Positions 10,662-19,992 of a stretch of DNA of 32,000 bases are shown in pieces; positions within the stretch are counted from its first letter, which is position 1, and each line of letters begins with the position of its first letter. Location of the stretch: the NCBI RefSeq assembly GCF_043950625.1, contig NZ_CP171007.1, one strand, 5' to 3'. Source of the stretch: Alkanindiges sp. WGS2144. Its GTDB lineage: Bacteria > Pseudomonadota > Gammaproteobacteria > Pseudomonadales > Moraxellaceae. The notes beneath the pieces were generated by a model. It made no database searches. It was not told the DNA's origin and saw only the letters and a list, made by a program, of their open reading frames with translations. The translations under genes were made by a program, and so were the position numbers.

Positions 10662-10737
10662 AGCGATGTGGCCTAGCTGTTTAGAGCACAGCACTCATAA
10701 TGCTGGGGTCACAGGTTCGAGTCCCGTCATAGCCACA
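10662..10737 (+). tRNA. tRNA-Met(CAU)-like element with a degenerate 5' third, probably a pseudo-tRNA or tRNA-like structure
   Basis: TAGAGC-A-CAGCA-CTCATAA-TGCTG-GGGTC-ACAGG-TTCGAGT-CCCGT-CATAGCC forms a canonical anticodon arm (CAT at 10696-10698), T arm and 3' acceptor strand. The 5' side, AGCGATG-TG-GCCT-AGCTGTTTA, gives only 5 of 7 acceptor pairs and an imperfect D stem. The D loop has no GG and no CCA is encoded. Confidence 0.45.
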
Positions 10738-10746
10738 CCTTTACTA

Positions 10747-11637
10747 CTAACTGGCGACTTCCAGATCATCCAGTTTCTCAGAAAATCGCCAGGTTCTAAT
10801 GATTCTTAGCTCGGAAAAACCCTTCATCTTCTGATCAAATGAGCCAAAAGGCGCTGCTTGCCTGACCGAATCTTTAGCTGCCTCATCCAGCACCAGATGG
10901 CCTGAACTTTGTAACAGGCGGATTGCCCGAATCTGTCCATGTGGCGTTAAAATAACCATCAACTGCACATCACCATGCAGGTTTCTGGCGCGTGCCTCCA
11001 GCGGATAGTGCTTATTGCCAAGCTGCTCTACTTTCTGGCTAAACTTGTGAATATAGCCAGCGGTATTATCCGCCTGTGCCGAAACACTGTCCACCGTATG
11101 AATTTTGGTCTTACGGGTATACTCCTGCTTGCGTCTGGCATATTGCGCTTCTAGCGAGGCAATCATGGCGACCTGAGCCAGATCAGGACTGCTGGATACC
11201 TGTGCCCTCGATTCTTGCTCCCGTTCCAGATTTCTGGCCTGTTTTTTCCAGCTTAATGTGGTTACCAGCACCTGCTCGGATGCCTGACGGGCGCGACTGT
11301 GCTGTTCAGTCTTCAAGTCCAGTTGTTCAGCCACCTCTTGCTGGTCAATTGACGCAGCCTGCTGATCAGGGCTAGTCATGCGGTGTGCATTACGCAATAC
11401 CCCTGCTCCCTGCTGGTTGGCCTGAGCCATATAGTCAGCATTTTCGACTTTTTCATTACTCAAGTGCACCGCTATGGCAATATCCTGCATGGCAGTACGG
11501 GGTGGTGTCTTAGCTACAAAGTGTAATGACAGCAAGCCCACATGCAGCATAATCGCAGCCACCAATCCGCCCATCAGCACCGGATCCTGCCAAAAAGCGG
11601 GTACTAGATGTGTCGTCATCATTCTTTGTTTTGCCAT
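10747..11637 (-). CDS. TonB-family protein with an N-terminal anchor, a Gln/Glu-rich linker and a TonB C-terminal domain
   Basis: There is a single TM helix LMGGLVAAIMLHVGLLSLHF. The C-terminal block YPLEARARNLHGDVQLMVILTPHGQIRAIRLLQSSGHLVLDEAAKDSVRQAAPF is typical of TonB_C. Confidence 0.7.
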   Translation of the reverse strand: MAKQRMMTTHLVPAFWQDPVLMGGLVAAIMLHVGLLSLHFVAKTPPRTAMQDIAIAVHLSNEKVENADYMAQANQQGAGVLRNAHRMTSPDQQAASIDQQEVAEQLDLKTEQHSRARQASEQVLVTTLSWKKQARNLEREQESRAQVSSSPDLAQVAMIASLEAQYARRKQEYTRKTKIHTVDSVSAQADNTAGYIHKFSQKVEQLGNKHYPLEARARNLHGDVQLMVILTPHGQIRAIRLLQSSGHLVLDEAAKDSVRQAAPFGSFDQKMKGFSELRIIRTWRFSEKLDDLEVAS

Positions 11638-11887
11638 GCGTGTATTAACCTAAAAACTCTCTAATATGATGTTGTTAAGCATCAACTGAATATGCCGACT
11701 AGCCAGAAATGCCCTGTAATTGCTCAAATAAAGCACATACTACCCTATGGATTTCATTTTTATAAACTTCACGGTATAAAATAAAATATCAGTTGTGGTA
11801 ACTTGAACCTATTCGATCACATATTTACTGGTGCTTTTATGCTGCATTGTAGGCAAGCCCTGTCAGGCAATCAATGCTGCACGGCCA

Positions 11888-12592
11888 ATGAGAAATGAGC
11901 TTATGCAACAGATTTTTAAGAAAATTGCCCGAAATATCAGAGGCATTTACCATAAAGCAGAAGATTTGATTGAAGAAGAACGCGAGTTACCCCTTTCTCA
12001 AAACCTGTTGAACGCGACCATACAAAAATACGTCACCGATAATGTTGAAGCATTAAAAGACCTGCATGCCGACATTTATGACGACTGGTGCCGATTATAT
12101 GCCACGCTGGATTATAAAGGCATCCATACCACCCTGTCAGTTGATCTGCGTCTGGTACAAATGCAGCTTGATAAGGATATCCAGCAACTGGTATTTGAGC
12201 AGATTAGTGAAACCCAGGTCATTAGTGCAAGCTTTAGCAGTCCTTTTAAAAAATTAGCCTTTAATGTAGCTGTTTATTTTTTCCAGCGTATTTTGCACAA
12301 GGATCCATTGGGTCTGATTCTGGAAAAACTGGATGTGATTGAAATCAAGCATGACCTGCTATATCTGGGTCTGAACAAATATCTGGAAAAATCCGACAAA
12401 GTGATTAATACCTTAAAGAAAATTCATGTGAATCATGCCATCCTGCGTGAAGGCCAGTTTGTGCTCAAAGCCAATCTGAATTTGCAGGGTATCTTCAGGC
12501 GCGATCCACAAAAAAACACGTTAATTTTGGATATTGAGGACTTTGAGGACGTCGACTCTGCTATTGATGTACAGCCGGGCGACCTACATTAA
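11888..12592 (+). CDS. Hypothetical protein, about 234 aa
   Basis: This is a long ORF. I prefer the ATG at 11888 (MRNELMQQIFKK) to the GTG at 11831, whose extension is Cys-rich and implausible. I recognise no motif. Confidence 0.5.
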   Translation: MRNELMQQIFKKIARNIRGIYHKAEDLIEEERELPLSQNLLNATIQKYVTDNVEALKDLHADIYDDWCRLYATLDYKGIHTTLSVDLRLVQMQLDKDIQQLVFEQISETQVISASFSSPFKKLAFNVAVYFFQRILHKDPLGLILEKLDVIEIKHDLLYLGLNKYLEKSDKVINTLKKIHVNHAILREGQFVLKANLNLQGIFRRDPQKNTLILDIEDFEDVDSAIDVQPGDLH

Positions 12593-12817
12593 CCCAGCAC
12601 TAAGTGAAAAATGTGTAACAATACAATGATGCTCTCGCCAGATTTATGCTAAAAGTAACAAGATATAACAAGTTTTAGCCAAGACTCGGACTATTTATAC
12701 TTGTCCTTGCGTCAATGAACCTCATTAATATAAACATTACTGCCTCAAGCAGCTGCCCCGGCTATCTATGCAGTATATATATTGCTATCAGTCGGGGCGT
12801 AGTAGCTTTAGAGCATT

Positions 12818-12851
12818 TATAACGATGAGGACACTATAACGATGACCACAC
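12818..12851 (+). repeat. 17-bp tandem duplication spanning the SD and start codon of the DUF3108 gene
   Basis: TATAACGATGAGGACAC (12818-12834) and TATAACGATGACCACAC (12835-12851) are identical at 15 of 17 positions. Confidence 0.85.
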
Positions 12852-13555
12852 TAACCCAGCTGTTCAAAAAGACTTCTTATCTCAGCGTTCTGGGCATCAT
12901 ATTGACAGGCAATCTGGTCAATGCAGCGTATGCCATCACGCCCTATTCCGCCAGTTATGCGTTTAATCTGGATAATAAAGCTAGTGGCACAGCCGTACGT
13001 ACTCTGTCCAGACAGGGCAACCAGTGGGTATATGATTTTAGTGCCAAGATACCTGTTATTGCGACTGCTAGTGAAAAAAGTGTCTTTAGCCTGAATAACC
13101 ATAAAGTGGTTTCGCAAAGCTATCAGCGCCAGTACAAAATTCTGGTTCACAATCAGGTGAGCAGTATAAAATTCGACAACGCCAATAAGGCGATTCAGCT
13201 CACCAAAGACAAAAAAACCTCTCAACTGCCCTGGCAGGCCGATGTACTGGATGACTTGAACGTCGAGATTCAGTTACGTGAAGACCTTAAAAGTGGTGGA
13301 CTGCGCTCATCATATTTAATTGCTGATCAAAAAGACATTACACCACGCCAGTTTATCAACGAAGGAACAGTCAAAGTCACTACTCCAAGTGGGATCTATG
13401 ATGCCTTAAAAGTCAGGATTAACTACCCAAAGAAAAATAAAAGTACTGTGTTCTGGCTGGCACCCAGTCTGGATTATCTGCCCGTAAAAGTAACCCATAG
13501 TGGAGATGGGAGTGTTTATACGCTGAATCTGACCAAATATCAGGCCAGAAGTTAA
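12842..13555 (+). CDS. DUF3108-like exported protein, 237 aa
   Basis: It has a signal peptide ending NAAYA. The beta-rich composition and overall pattern resemble DUF3108 as I recall it. A GAGGA SD lies 10 nt upstream of the start. Confidence 0.7.
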   Translation: MTTLTQLFKKTSYLSVLGIILTGNLVNAAYAITPYSASYAFNLDNKASGTAVRTLSRQGNQWVYDFSAKIPVIATASEKSVFSLNNHKVVSQSYQRQYKILVHNQVSSIKFDNANKAIQLTKDKKTSQLPWQADVLDDLNVEIQLREDLKSGGLRSSYLIADQKDITPRQFINEGTVKVTTPSGIYDALKVRINYPKKNKSTVFWLAPSLDYLPVKVTHSGDGSVYTLNLTKYQARS

Positions 13556-13667
13556 GAGCATTTGTACGCGTCATGATCACTAGTCAACCTCAGACATCAG
13601 TTTGGGGTTTTTGCAATTGTTCCTGATTGCTGTTAACGAAATGCTGTTGCTTTTTTCTTGCTTTTTT

Positions 13668-13679
13668 GAAACCGGTTTC
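13668..13679. promoter_or_regulatory. Perfect 12-bp palindrome GAAACCGGTTTC in the candidate xpt promoter spacer
   Basis: The palindrome is read directly from the sequence. It is flanked by a possible -35 TTGCTT (13658-13663) and a possible -10 TAAAAT (13680-13685). It lies about 45 nt upstream of the xpt GTG start. Confidence 0.3.
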
Positions 13680-13722
13680 TAAAATAGCAGGTTTTTATAC
13701 TGTGGTTGATTGGAGCACGTGA

Positions 13723-14301
<579 letters not shown>

Positions 14302-14319
14302 AACGGCCTGGGCGTAAGC

Positions 14320-14349
14320 TCGCTGCCTCTTTGTGAAGCAGCGATTTTT
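14320..14349 (+). terminator. Rho-independent terminator after xpt
   Basis: TCGCTGC (14320-14326) pairs with GCAGCGA (14338-14344). TTTTT follows at 14345-14349. Confidence 0.7.
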
Positions 14350-14357
14350 AATGACTT

Positions 14358-14984
<627 letters not shown>

Positions 14985-15081
14985 TCACGACCCTTGCTGT
15001 CAAAAAACATACACAGAATCATGGCTTAACAATGTTAAGATTTTTCAGTCAGGGTTATACAGTATCCTGAAAATCGCTTAA

Positions 15082-16338
15082 ATGGGGAATGGTGTGCTAA
15101 ATCTGCTTGAAAAATTACCTTTTTATCATAAAACCTGGTTTCAGTTTATTATCTTTATAATCAAACGGTTTGAAGATGATAAATGCCGCCAGCAGGCAGG
15201 CTCACTCACTTATACCACCTTATTTGCTGTGGTACCCATGCTAACCGTGTTTCTAGTGATTATTTCATCCATTAAGGCCCTGGCACCGGCTCGTGAGCAG
15301 GTTCAGCATTTTATTTACAGTAATTTATTGCCACGCTCCGGGGTAGCTGTTGAACAATATCTCAACCGTTTTACTGAAAGCTCCAGTAACCTGACGGTGG
15401 TAGGTATCCTCATTTTGTTTGTCACAGCCATTTTAATGCTCAGCTCTATTGAGGATGCATTTAACCATATCTGGCGGGTAAATAATGCACGCGGCGGGAT
15501 TGTAGGTTTCATGCGTTACTGGACCATTATATCGCTGGGGCCAATTTTGCTGGGTAGTGCTTTTGCCCTGTCTTCCACTGTCGCTTCCATGAAATTCCTG
15601 AGCAATAATATTGCCGGTTACGAGCTAAACGGAGGGGTGTGGCTATGGCTGATTTCCTTTGCACTGACCTTACTGGGTTTTAGCTTACTGTACTGGACTA
15701 TTCCCAACCGCCGGGTACCCATCCGATCGGCTTTTTTAGCTGGTATTTTTAGCGCCCTGCTATTTGAGGGCTTGCGTCAGTTCTTTGGCTTGGTCATGAG
15801 TAACTTTACCAGTTATGAGTTGGTTTATGGTGCCTTTGCAGCCGTGCCTATTTTCCTGCTATGGATTTATTTGTCCTGGAACGTCATTTTATTAGGCGTA
15901 GAAGTCAGTTATGCCATTACTGCTTTTACCACCCGTACCGACATCAACCGGCATCCGGTACTCATCTTGCTAGATCTGCTTGAGCTGTTTTACCAGCATC
16001 AAAAACAGGGGCTAAGCGTGAGTGATCAGGACGCCCTGGCTATCTTGGGCCGGGGTGAGTTTGAAAATGAGTCATCTTACCTGCAAATCCTGGAAGACAA
16101 TAATCTGATCAAACGCACCGAAGAAGGCCATTACCTGTTATGCCGTGATTTAAACTATGTGGATTTCTGGTCATTTTACCGCACACTGAATTATCCCCTC
16201 CCCAAGCGCGACGACCTGGGCCGGGTGCACCATGATGACCGCTGGTTAAAAGTTATCGGGCCATTACTCGTACAATCGGATGATTATCTGGCTGCCAAAC
16301 TGTCCATTCCTATGGCAAAAATTTTTGATGTCAATTAG
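15082..16338 (+). CDS. yihY: YihY/BrkB-family inner membrane protein
   Basis: 418 aa and polytopic. It has the conserved AGSLTYTTLFAVVPML start of the family and a soluble C-terminal extension. Confidence 0.85.
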   Translation: MGNGVLNLLEKLPFYHKTWFQFIIFIIKRFEDDKCRQQAGSLTYTTLFAVVPMLTVFLVIISSIKALAPAREQVQHFIYSNLLPRSGVAVEQYLNRFTESSSNLTVVGILILFVTAILMLSSIEDAFNHIWRVNNARGGIVGFMRYWTIISLGPILLGSAFALSSTVASMKFLSNNIAGYELNGGVWLWLISFALTLLGFSLLYWTIPNRRVPIRSAFLAGIFSALLFEGLRQFFGLVMSNFTSYELVYGAFAAVPIFLLWIYLSWNVILLGVEVSYAITAFTTRTDINRHPVLILLDLLELFYQHQKQGLSVSDQDALAILGRGEFENESSYLQILEDNNLIKRTEEGHYLLCRDLNYVDFWSFYRTLNYPLPKRDDLGRVHHDDRWLKVIGPLLVQSDDYLAAKLSIPMAKIFDVN

Positions 16339-16387
16339 AGGTTCACTAACCATTAAGCCATAGACCCTGTAAAACTCATCAATACCG

Positions 16388-16410
16388 CGCCCCATCACGG
16401 GGCGTTTTTT
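16388..16410 (+). terminator. Rho-independent terminator after yihY
   Basis: CGCCCC (16388-16393) pairs with GGGGCG (16399-16404). TTTTTT follows. A TATAAT hexamer at 16412-16417 comes directly after and may serve fumA. Confidence 0.8.
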
Positions 16411-16455
16411 GTATAATCGCCGCACTGCACGCAAACGCCAGCAAGAGGCAAATCT

Positions 16456-17979
16456 ATGACGACTATCATCAAACAGGATGACCTGATCACTTCGATCAAA
16501 GACGCATTACAGTTTATTTCTTACTACCATCCGCTGGATTTTATCCAGGCCATGAACCGCGCCTATGAAGCTGAGGCCAATCCAGCCGCCAAGGATGCCA
16601 TTGCCCAGATTTTAATTAACTCACGCATGTGCGCTGAGGGGCACCGTCCGATCTGTCAGGATACTGGTATTGTTAACGTGTTTATGGAAGTCGGACTGGA
16701 TGTTAAATTTGACCTGAACATGAGCCTGGATGATGCCATTAATGAAGGAGTGCGTCAGGGTTATCTAGAAAATACTAACGTGTTACGGGCTTCCATTTTA
16801 CGTGACCCGGCATTTGGCCGCCAAAATACCAAGGACAATACCCCCGCAGTGATCCATTATAAATTAGTGCCGGGTAATCAGGTGCATGTTACGGTAGCAG
16901 CCAAGGGTGGCGGCTCAGAGAATAAATCCAAGCTGGTGATGCTCAACCCTTCGGACTCCATTGTAGACTGGGTATTAAAAACCGTACCAACCATGGGTGC
17001 TGGCTGGTGCCCGCCGGGCATGCTGGGTATTGGTATTGGTGGTACTGCTGAAAAAGCAGTATTGCTGGCCAAAGAAGCGTTGATGGAAGACATTGACATG
17101 CACGAACTGTTAATTCGTGGCCCGCAAAACAAAATTGAAGAACTGCGTATTGAGCTGTTTGAGAAAGTAAATGCGCTTGGTATTGGTGCACAGGGCTTAG
17201 GTGGCCTGTCGACGGTACTGGATATTAAAATCAAGGACTATCCATGTCACGCGGCAGGCAAACCGGTTGCCATGATTCCAAACTGTGCAGCCACCCGTCA
17301 CGCTCATTTTGTACTGGATGGTTCGGGAGTGGCACACATGCCTACCCCCAAGCTGGAAGACTGGCCACAGGTCACCTGGTCTACTTCCAAGGCTAAACGT
17401 GTGAATCTGGACACCATCACCCGTGAAGAAATGAATAGTTGGCAGCCCGGCGACACCCTGCTGTTATCCGGCACGATTTATACAGGTCGGGACGCGGCGC
17501 ATAAGCGTATGGTCGACATGATCAACAATGGTGAGGAACTGCCTGTTGATCTGCAAGGTAAATTTATTTACTACGTAGGACCAGTTGATCCAGTAGGTGA
17601 TGAAGTGGTTGGTCCTGCTGGCCCGACAACTGCAACCCGCATGGACAAGTTTACCGACAAGGTGCTGGAACATACTGGTCTGTTTGGCATGATTGGTAAA
17701 GCTGAGCGTGGCCCGGCAGCGGTAGAAGCCATCAAAAAACATGGCGCCACTTACCTAATGGCAGTAGGCGGTGCAGCCTATCTGGTCTCCAAAGCAGTGC
17801 GCGAAGCTGAAGTAGTAGCTTTTGCTGACTTAGGCATGGAGGCCATTTATAAGTTTGTGGTCGAAGATATGCCGGTATCTGTCGCGGTTGATGTGAATGG
17901 CACGTCAGTGCATGCTACTGCACCCAAAATCTGGCAGGCCAAAATTGGCAAAATTCCGGTAACAGATGCCGCAGGCTAA
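16456..17979 (+). CDS. fumA: Fumarate hydratase, class I (Fe-S dependent)
   Basis: 507 aa. The fused alpha and beta domains of class I fumarase or tartrate dehydratase are present, including the CQDTG motif and the GxGGT region. Confidence 0.93.
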   Translation: MTTIIKQDDLITSIKDALQFISYYHPLDFIQAMNRAYEAEANPAAKDAIAQILINSRMCAEGHRPICQDTGIVNVFMEVGLDVKFDLNMSLDDAINEGVRQGYLENTNVLRASILRDPAFGRQNTKDNTPAVIHYKLVPGNQVHVTVAAKGGGSENKSKLVMLNPSDSIVDWVLKTVPTMGAGWCPPGMLGIGIGGTAEKAVLLAKEALMEDIDMHELLIRGPQNKIEELRIELFEKVNALGIGAQGLGGLSTVLDIKIKDYPCHAAGKPVAMIPNCAATRHAHFVLDGSGVAHMPTPKLEDWPQVTWSTSKAKRVNLDTITREEMNSWQPGDTLLLSGTIYTGRDAAHKRMVDMINNGEELPVDLQGKFIYYVGPVDPVGDEVVGPAGPTTATRMDKFTDKVLEHTGLFGMIGKAERGPAAVEAIKKHGATYLMAVGGAAYLVSKAVREAEVVAFADLGMEAIYKFVVEDMPVSVAVDVNGTSVHATAPKIWQAKIGKIPVTDAAG

Positions 17980-18000
17980 TCTGTGGTCAGTGCATAGTAA

Positions 18001-18035
18001 AAATCCCCCATGATAGTCGTCATGGGGGATTTTTT
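18001..18035. terminator. Bidirectional rho-independent terminator between fumA and the convergent lipoprotein gene
   Basis: A 13-bp perfect stem is formed by AAATCCCCCATGA (18001-18013) and TCATGGGGGATTT (18020-18032). It has A and T runs on both sides. Confidence 0.85.
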
Positions 18036-18489
18036 ATGGATCGAAATCCTGCTGCAAAATTTACCAGGTGAGCGGGTTCCACAACTTAAATGGCTTGGCC
18101 AAATGCAATTGCTGTTTTTCAGCAAGATGGGATTTGTCTACCTTATGTGGCTGCTGGCCATTAAACAGTGCCAGCTCGGCCTGAGCGGGTTGCTGACGTT
18201 TTACAAAACTAAGGCCGGGAGTTTTTAAAGTGGTTGCACTGATTTCCCGTAAACCCTGCTCAGTTGGCATTTGCATTAATGGCCCGGCTTTAAGCAAGTT
18301 CTCACTATTGTTGGGGCTACCGCGGAATTTTTGTTCTTCATAACGCAAGAAATAACTTTTGCTTGCCTCTACAGAAAAATCAACGGCAGTGCCTTTTTGA
18401 AAGTGTATTACCCCTACAGGCCGACTAATATTAAGCCGGTAAGTGCCCGCAGGTAATTCAATCCAGTAATAGACCTCTTGCGAAAGTCG

Positions 18490-18939
18490 TTATTGCAAGT
18501 TCATCCGGTTTACCAGTGCAGCGATTAAGTTAATGCGTAAACCGAATCTTTTCCGTCGATTTCGATAGCGTTCACTTAGTATTCTAAATCTTTTCAATTG
18601 ACTGTTAATATGTTCGATTACAACTCGTATTTTTCCAATCATTTTATTGTACTTTTTCTCAACATCAAATAAGGGTAAATTCTTCTTTTTCTTTATTGGC
18701 ATCAATAATTTAAAGCCATCTTGCTCTAACCCATAGTACCCTAAATCGGTCATAACATATTCAAAATGTTTGAATTTTTTTACTGTTTTTCTTGCCAATT
18801 TAATATCATGCTGACTGCCAGACGATATATCTACTCCTATGATTTGTTTGCTCTTCGGATGATAGATCACTTGGGCTTTTAGCGTATGTTTCTTCTTTTT
18901 ACCACTGTAGAACTTACTCTGATTTTTTTTTCGGGCGTT
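18490..18939 (-). CDS. IS transposase OrfB (DDE catalytic part), +1 frame relative to OrfA
   Basis: The frame is open from 18939. It reads ...KKNQSKFYSGKKKKHTLKAQVIYHPKSKQIIGVD..., which is typical of DDE_Tnp_4/IS5 enzymes. There is no convincing independent start codon. Confidence 0.8.
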   Translation of the reverse strand, partial: NARKKNQSKFYSGKKKKHTLKAQVIYHPKSKQIIGVDISSGSQHDIKLARKTVKKFKHFEYVMTDLGYYGLEQDGFKLLMPIKKKKNLPLFDVEKKYNKMIGKIRVVIEHINSQLKRFRILSERYRNRRKRFGLRINLIAALVNRMNLQ

Positions 18940-19312
18940 CTATTGAACATTCTGTAGCATCAATAATGACCCAGTTAAATTGTTCGTTTGCTGTGGTAAT
19001 GCTTCGTTTTGGCAAGGTAAAACGTCTTGATTTCATTAATGCATCTTCAACCTTTTTAATAGTTCGATTCACATTACTTTCAGCGATATGGTAATTTGCA
19101 GCCAATTCCAATTGAGTGCTGTAATTCCGTAAGTAATTGAGTGTTAATAATAATTGATCCTCTATAACTAAAGTATGAGGACGCCCAGATTTCTTTTTAA
19201 GTGATTCTGCTTCTTTTAAAACTTCGACCATTTCACTAAAAACTGGTCGAGGTACACCAACCAAGCGCTTGAATTCAGAATCTGAAAAACGGTTTAATTT
19301 CTGATATTTCAT
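18914..19312 (-). CDS. IS transposase OrfA (HTH part)
   Basis: 132 aa. The HTH_Tnp_4-like block IEDQLLLTLNYLRNYSTQLELAANYHIAESNVNRTI is present. The ORF ends just after an A9 tract. Confidence 0.85.
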   Translation of the reverse strand: MKYQKLNRFSDSEFKRLVGVPRPVFSEMVEVLKEAESLKKKSGRPHTLVIEDQLLLTLNYLRNYSTQLELAANYHIAESNVNRTIKKVEDALMKSRRFTLPKRSITTANEQFNWVIIDATECSIERPKKKSE

Positions 19313-19906
19313 GAAATCTATATTGAGGCAGTTTTTACTTTCGCAAGAGGTCTAATAATGATTACTCAGCAAGCTGGGGATACGCTGATCATTTAAAAAG
19401 AAGTTGGGCGCTACAATCTCCTGACGATTCCAGCTACTGTCAGTGCGGTAGAGATACACAATGGCTGCATTGGGATCAGTGGGTGTGATCTGCTTGAACA
19501 CTTCGCCCTGCTTTTGATTTACCCATGCCCCTACCGAAAATGGATCAATACGAAACCGGTTTTTATGCAGATCGGTATGTGCATAGTCGATCGTTTTTAA
19601 GGTGGAGTTATTGGTAACATTCTCTTCATTTGGCTGTTGCTTATACTTGATTAAGCCAAAAATACTGTATCGGGGAGAATCTGGTGGCGTTGTGGTACAG
19701 CCGGTCAACGCAACGGTCAATAGTGAAATTATTGGTAAATAACGCATGGCATCCCTCAGGCGTTTTATCTTGTTGTTTCAGCATTCTGCATCAATGCAGC
19801 GTGAACTATCCTAACACTAGCCGGGCAAGAATAACACAACTCGCTGTAAAAAGATGAGTCTAAATAGATAAAGCGCTGGGGCAGCGAATTGATAAATCAA
19901 TTGAAA

Positions 19907-19945
19907 AATAAAAAGCCAGTCCATGTTTAACATGGCTGGCTTGTT
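19907..19945 (-). terminator. Rho-independent terminator downstream of the yiaD-like gene
   Basis: AAGCCAGTCCATG (19913-19925) and CATGGCTGGCTT (19931-19942) form a stem with one bulge. A U-run follows on the minus strand. A second small hairpin (19947-19973) lies before it. Confidence 0.7.
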
Positions 19946-19992
19946 TAATCCAGATTAGTATTTAAGCTGGATTAAGGGTTAAATCAGGCGAA

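Larger units (their letters stand above)
18471..19353 (-). mobile_element. IS5/Harbinger-type insertion sequence, 883 bp
   Basis: Perfect 17-bp terminal inverted repeats: AGACCTCTTGCGAAAGT (18471-18487) and its complement (19337-19353). TAATA occurs at both junctions, which is consistent with a 3-bp target duplication. The element encodes a two-part transposase and is visibly more AT-rich than its flanks. Confidence 0.92.
18061..19747 (-). pseudogene. DUF2846-like lipoprotein gene interrupted by an IS
   Basis: The N-terminal part (19355-19747) has the lipobox LTGC and ends at a TAG that spans the IS junction. The C-terminal part (18061-18468) continues in frame once the IS and one duplicated copy are removed. 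The restored junction reads ...LLSNHY-YWIELPAGTYRL... and gives about 266 aa. Confidence 0.8.

Noticed and set aside
10747-11637. The TonB-like gene as part of a TonB-ExbB-ExbD or TonB-dependent receptor system
   Set aside because: No exbB, exbD or receptor gene is present anywhere in the window. It is a stand-alone TonB_C protein and I do not call it a system.
12755-12798. 9-bp inverted repeat GCCCCGGCT...AGTCGGGGC with a 26-nt AT-rich loop, upstream of the DUF3108 gene
   Set aside because: The loop is too long and there is no U-run, so it is not a terminator. There is no second copy in the window that would suggest a REP or MITE. I leave it as unexplained but weak.
13556-13722. Possible purine riboswitch upstream of xpt, as found in Firmicutes
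   Set aside because: I could not find the conserved three-way-junction core, neither the UAUAAU...GGAUAUGGC-type segments nor the paired P2/P3 loops. Only a short palindrome and T-rich repeats are present.
16878-17742. Minus-strand ORFs antisense to fumA
   Set aside because: They are shadow ORFs within a 507-aa conserved gene.
18010-18228. 72-aa plus-strand ORF after fumA
   Set aside because: It starts inside the fumA terminator hairpin. It is antisense to the in-frame C-terminal half of the IS-disrupted lipoprotein gene.
18471-19353. The IS as one end of a composite transposon or genomic island
   Set aside because: Only one copy is present in the window, and the flanking sequence is the two halves of a single gene. 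It is a simple insertion.
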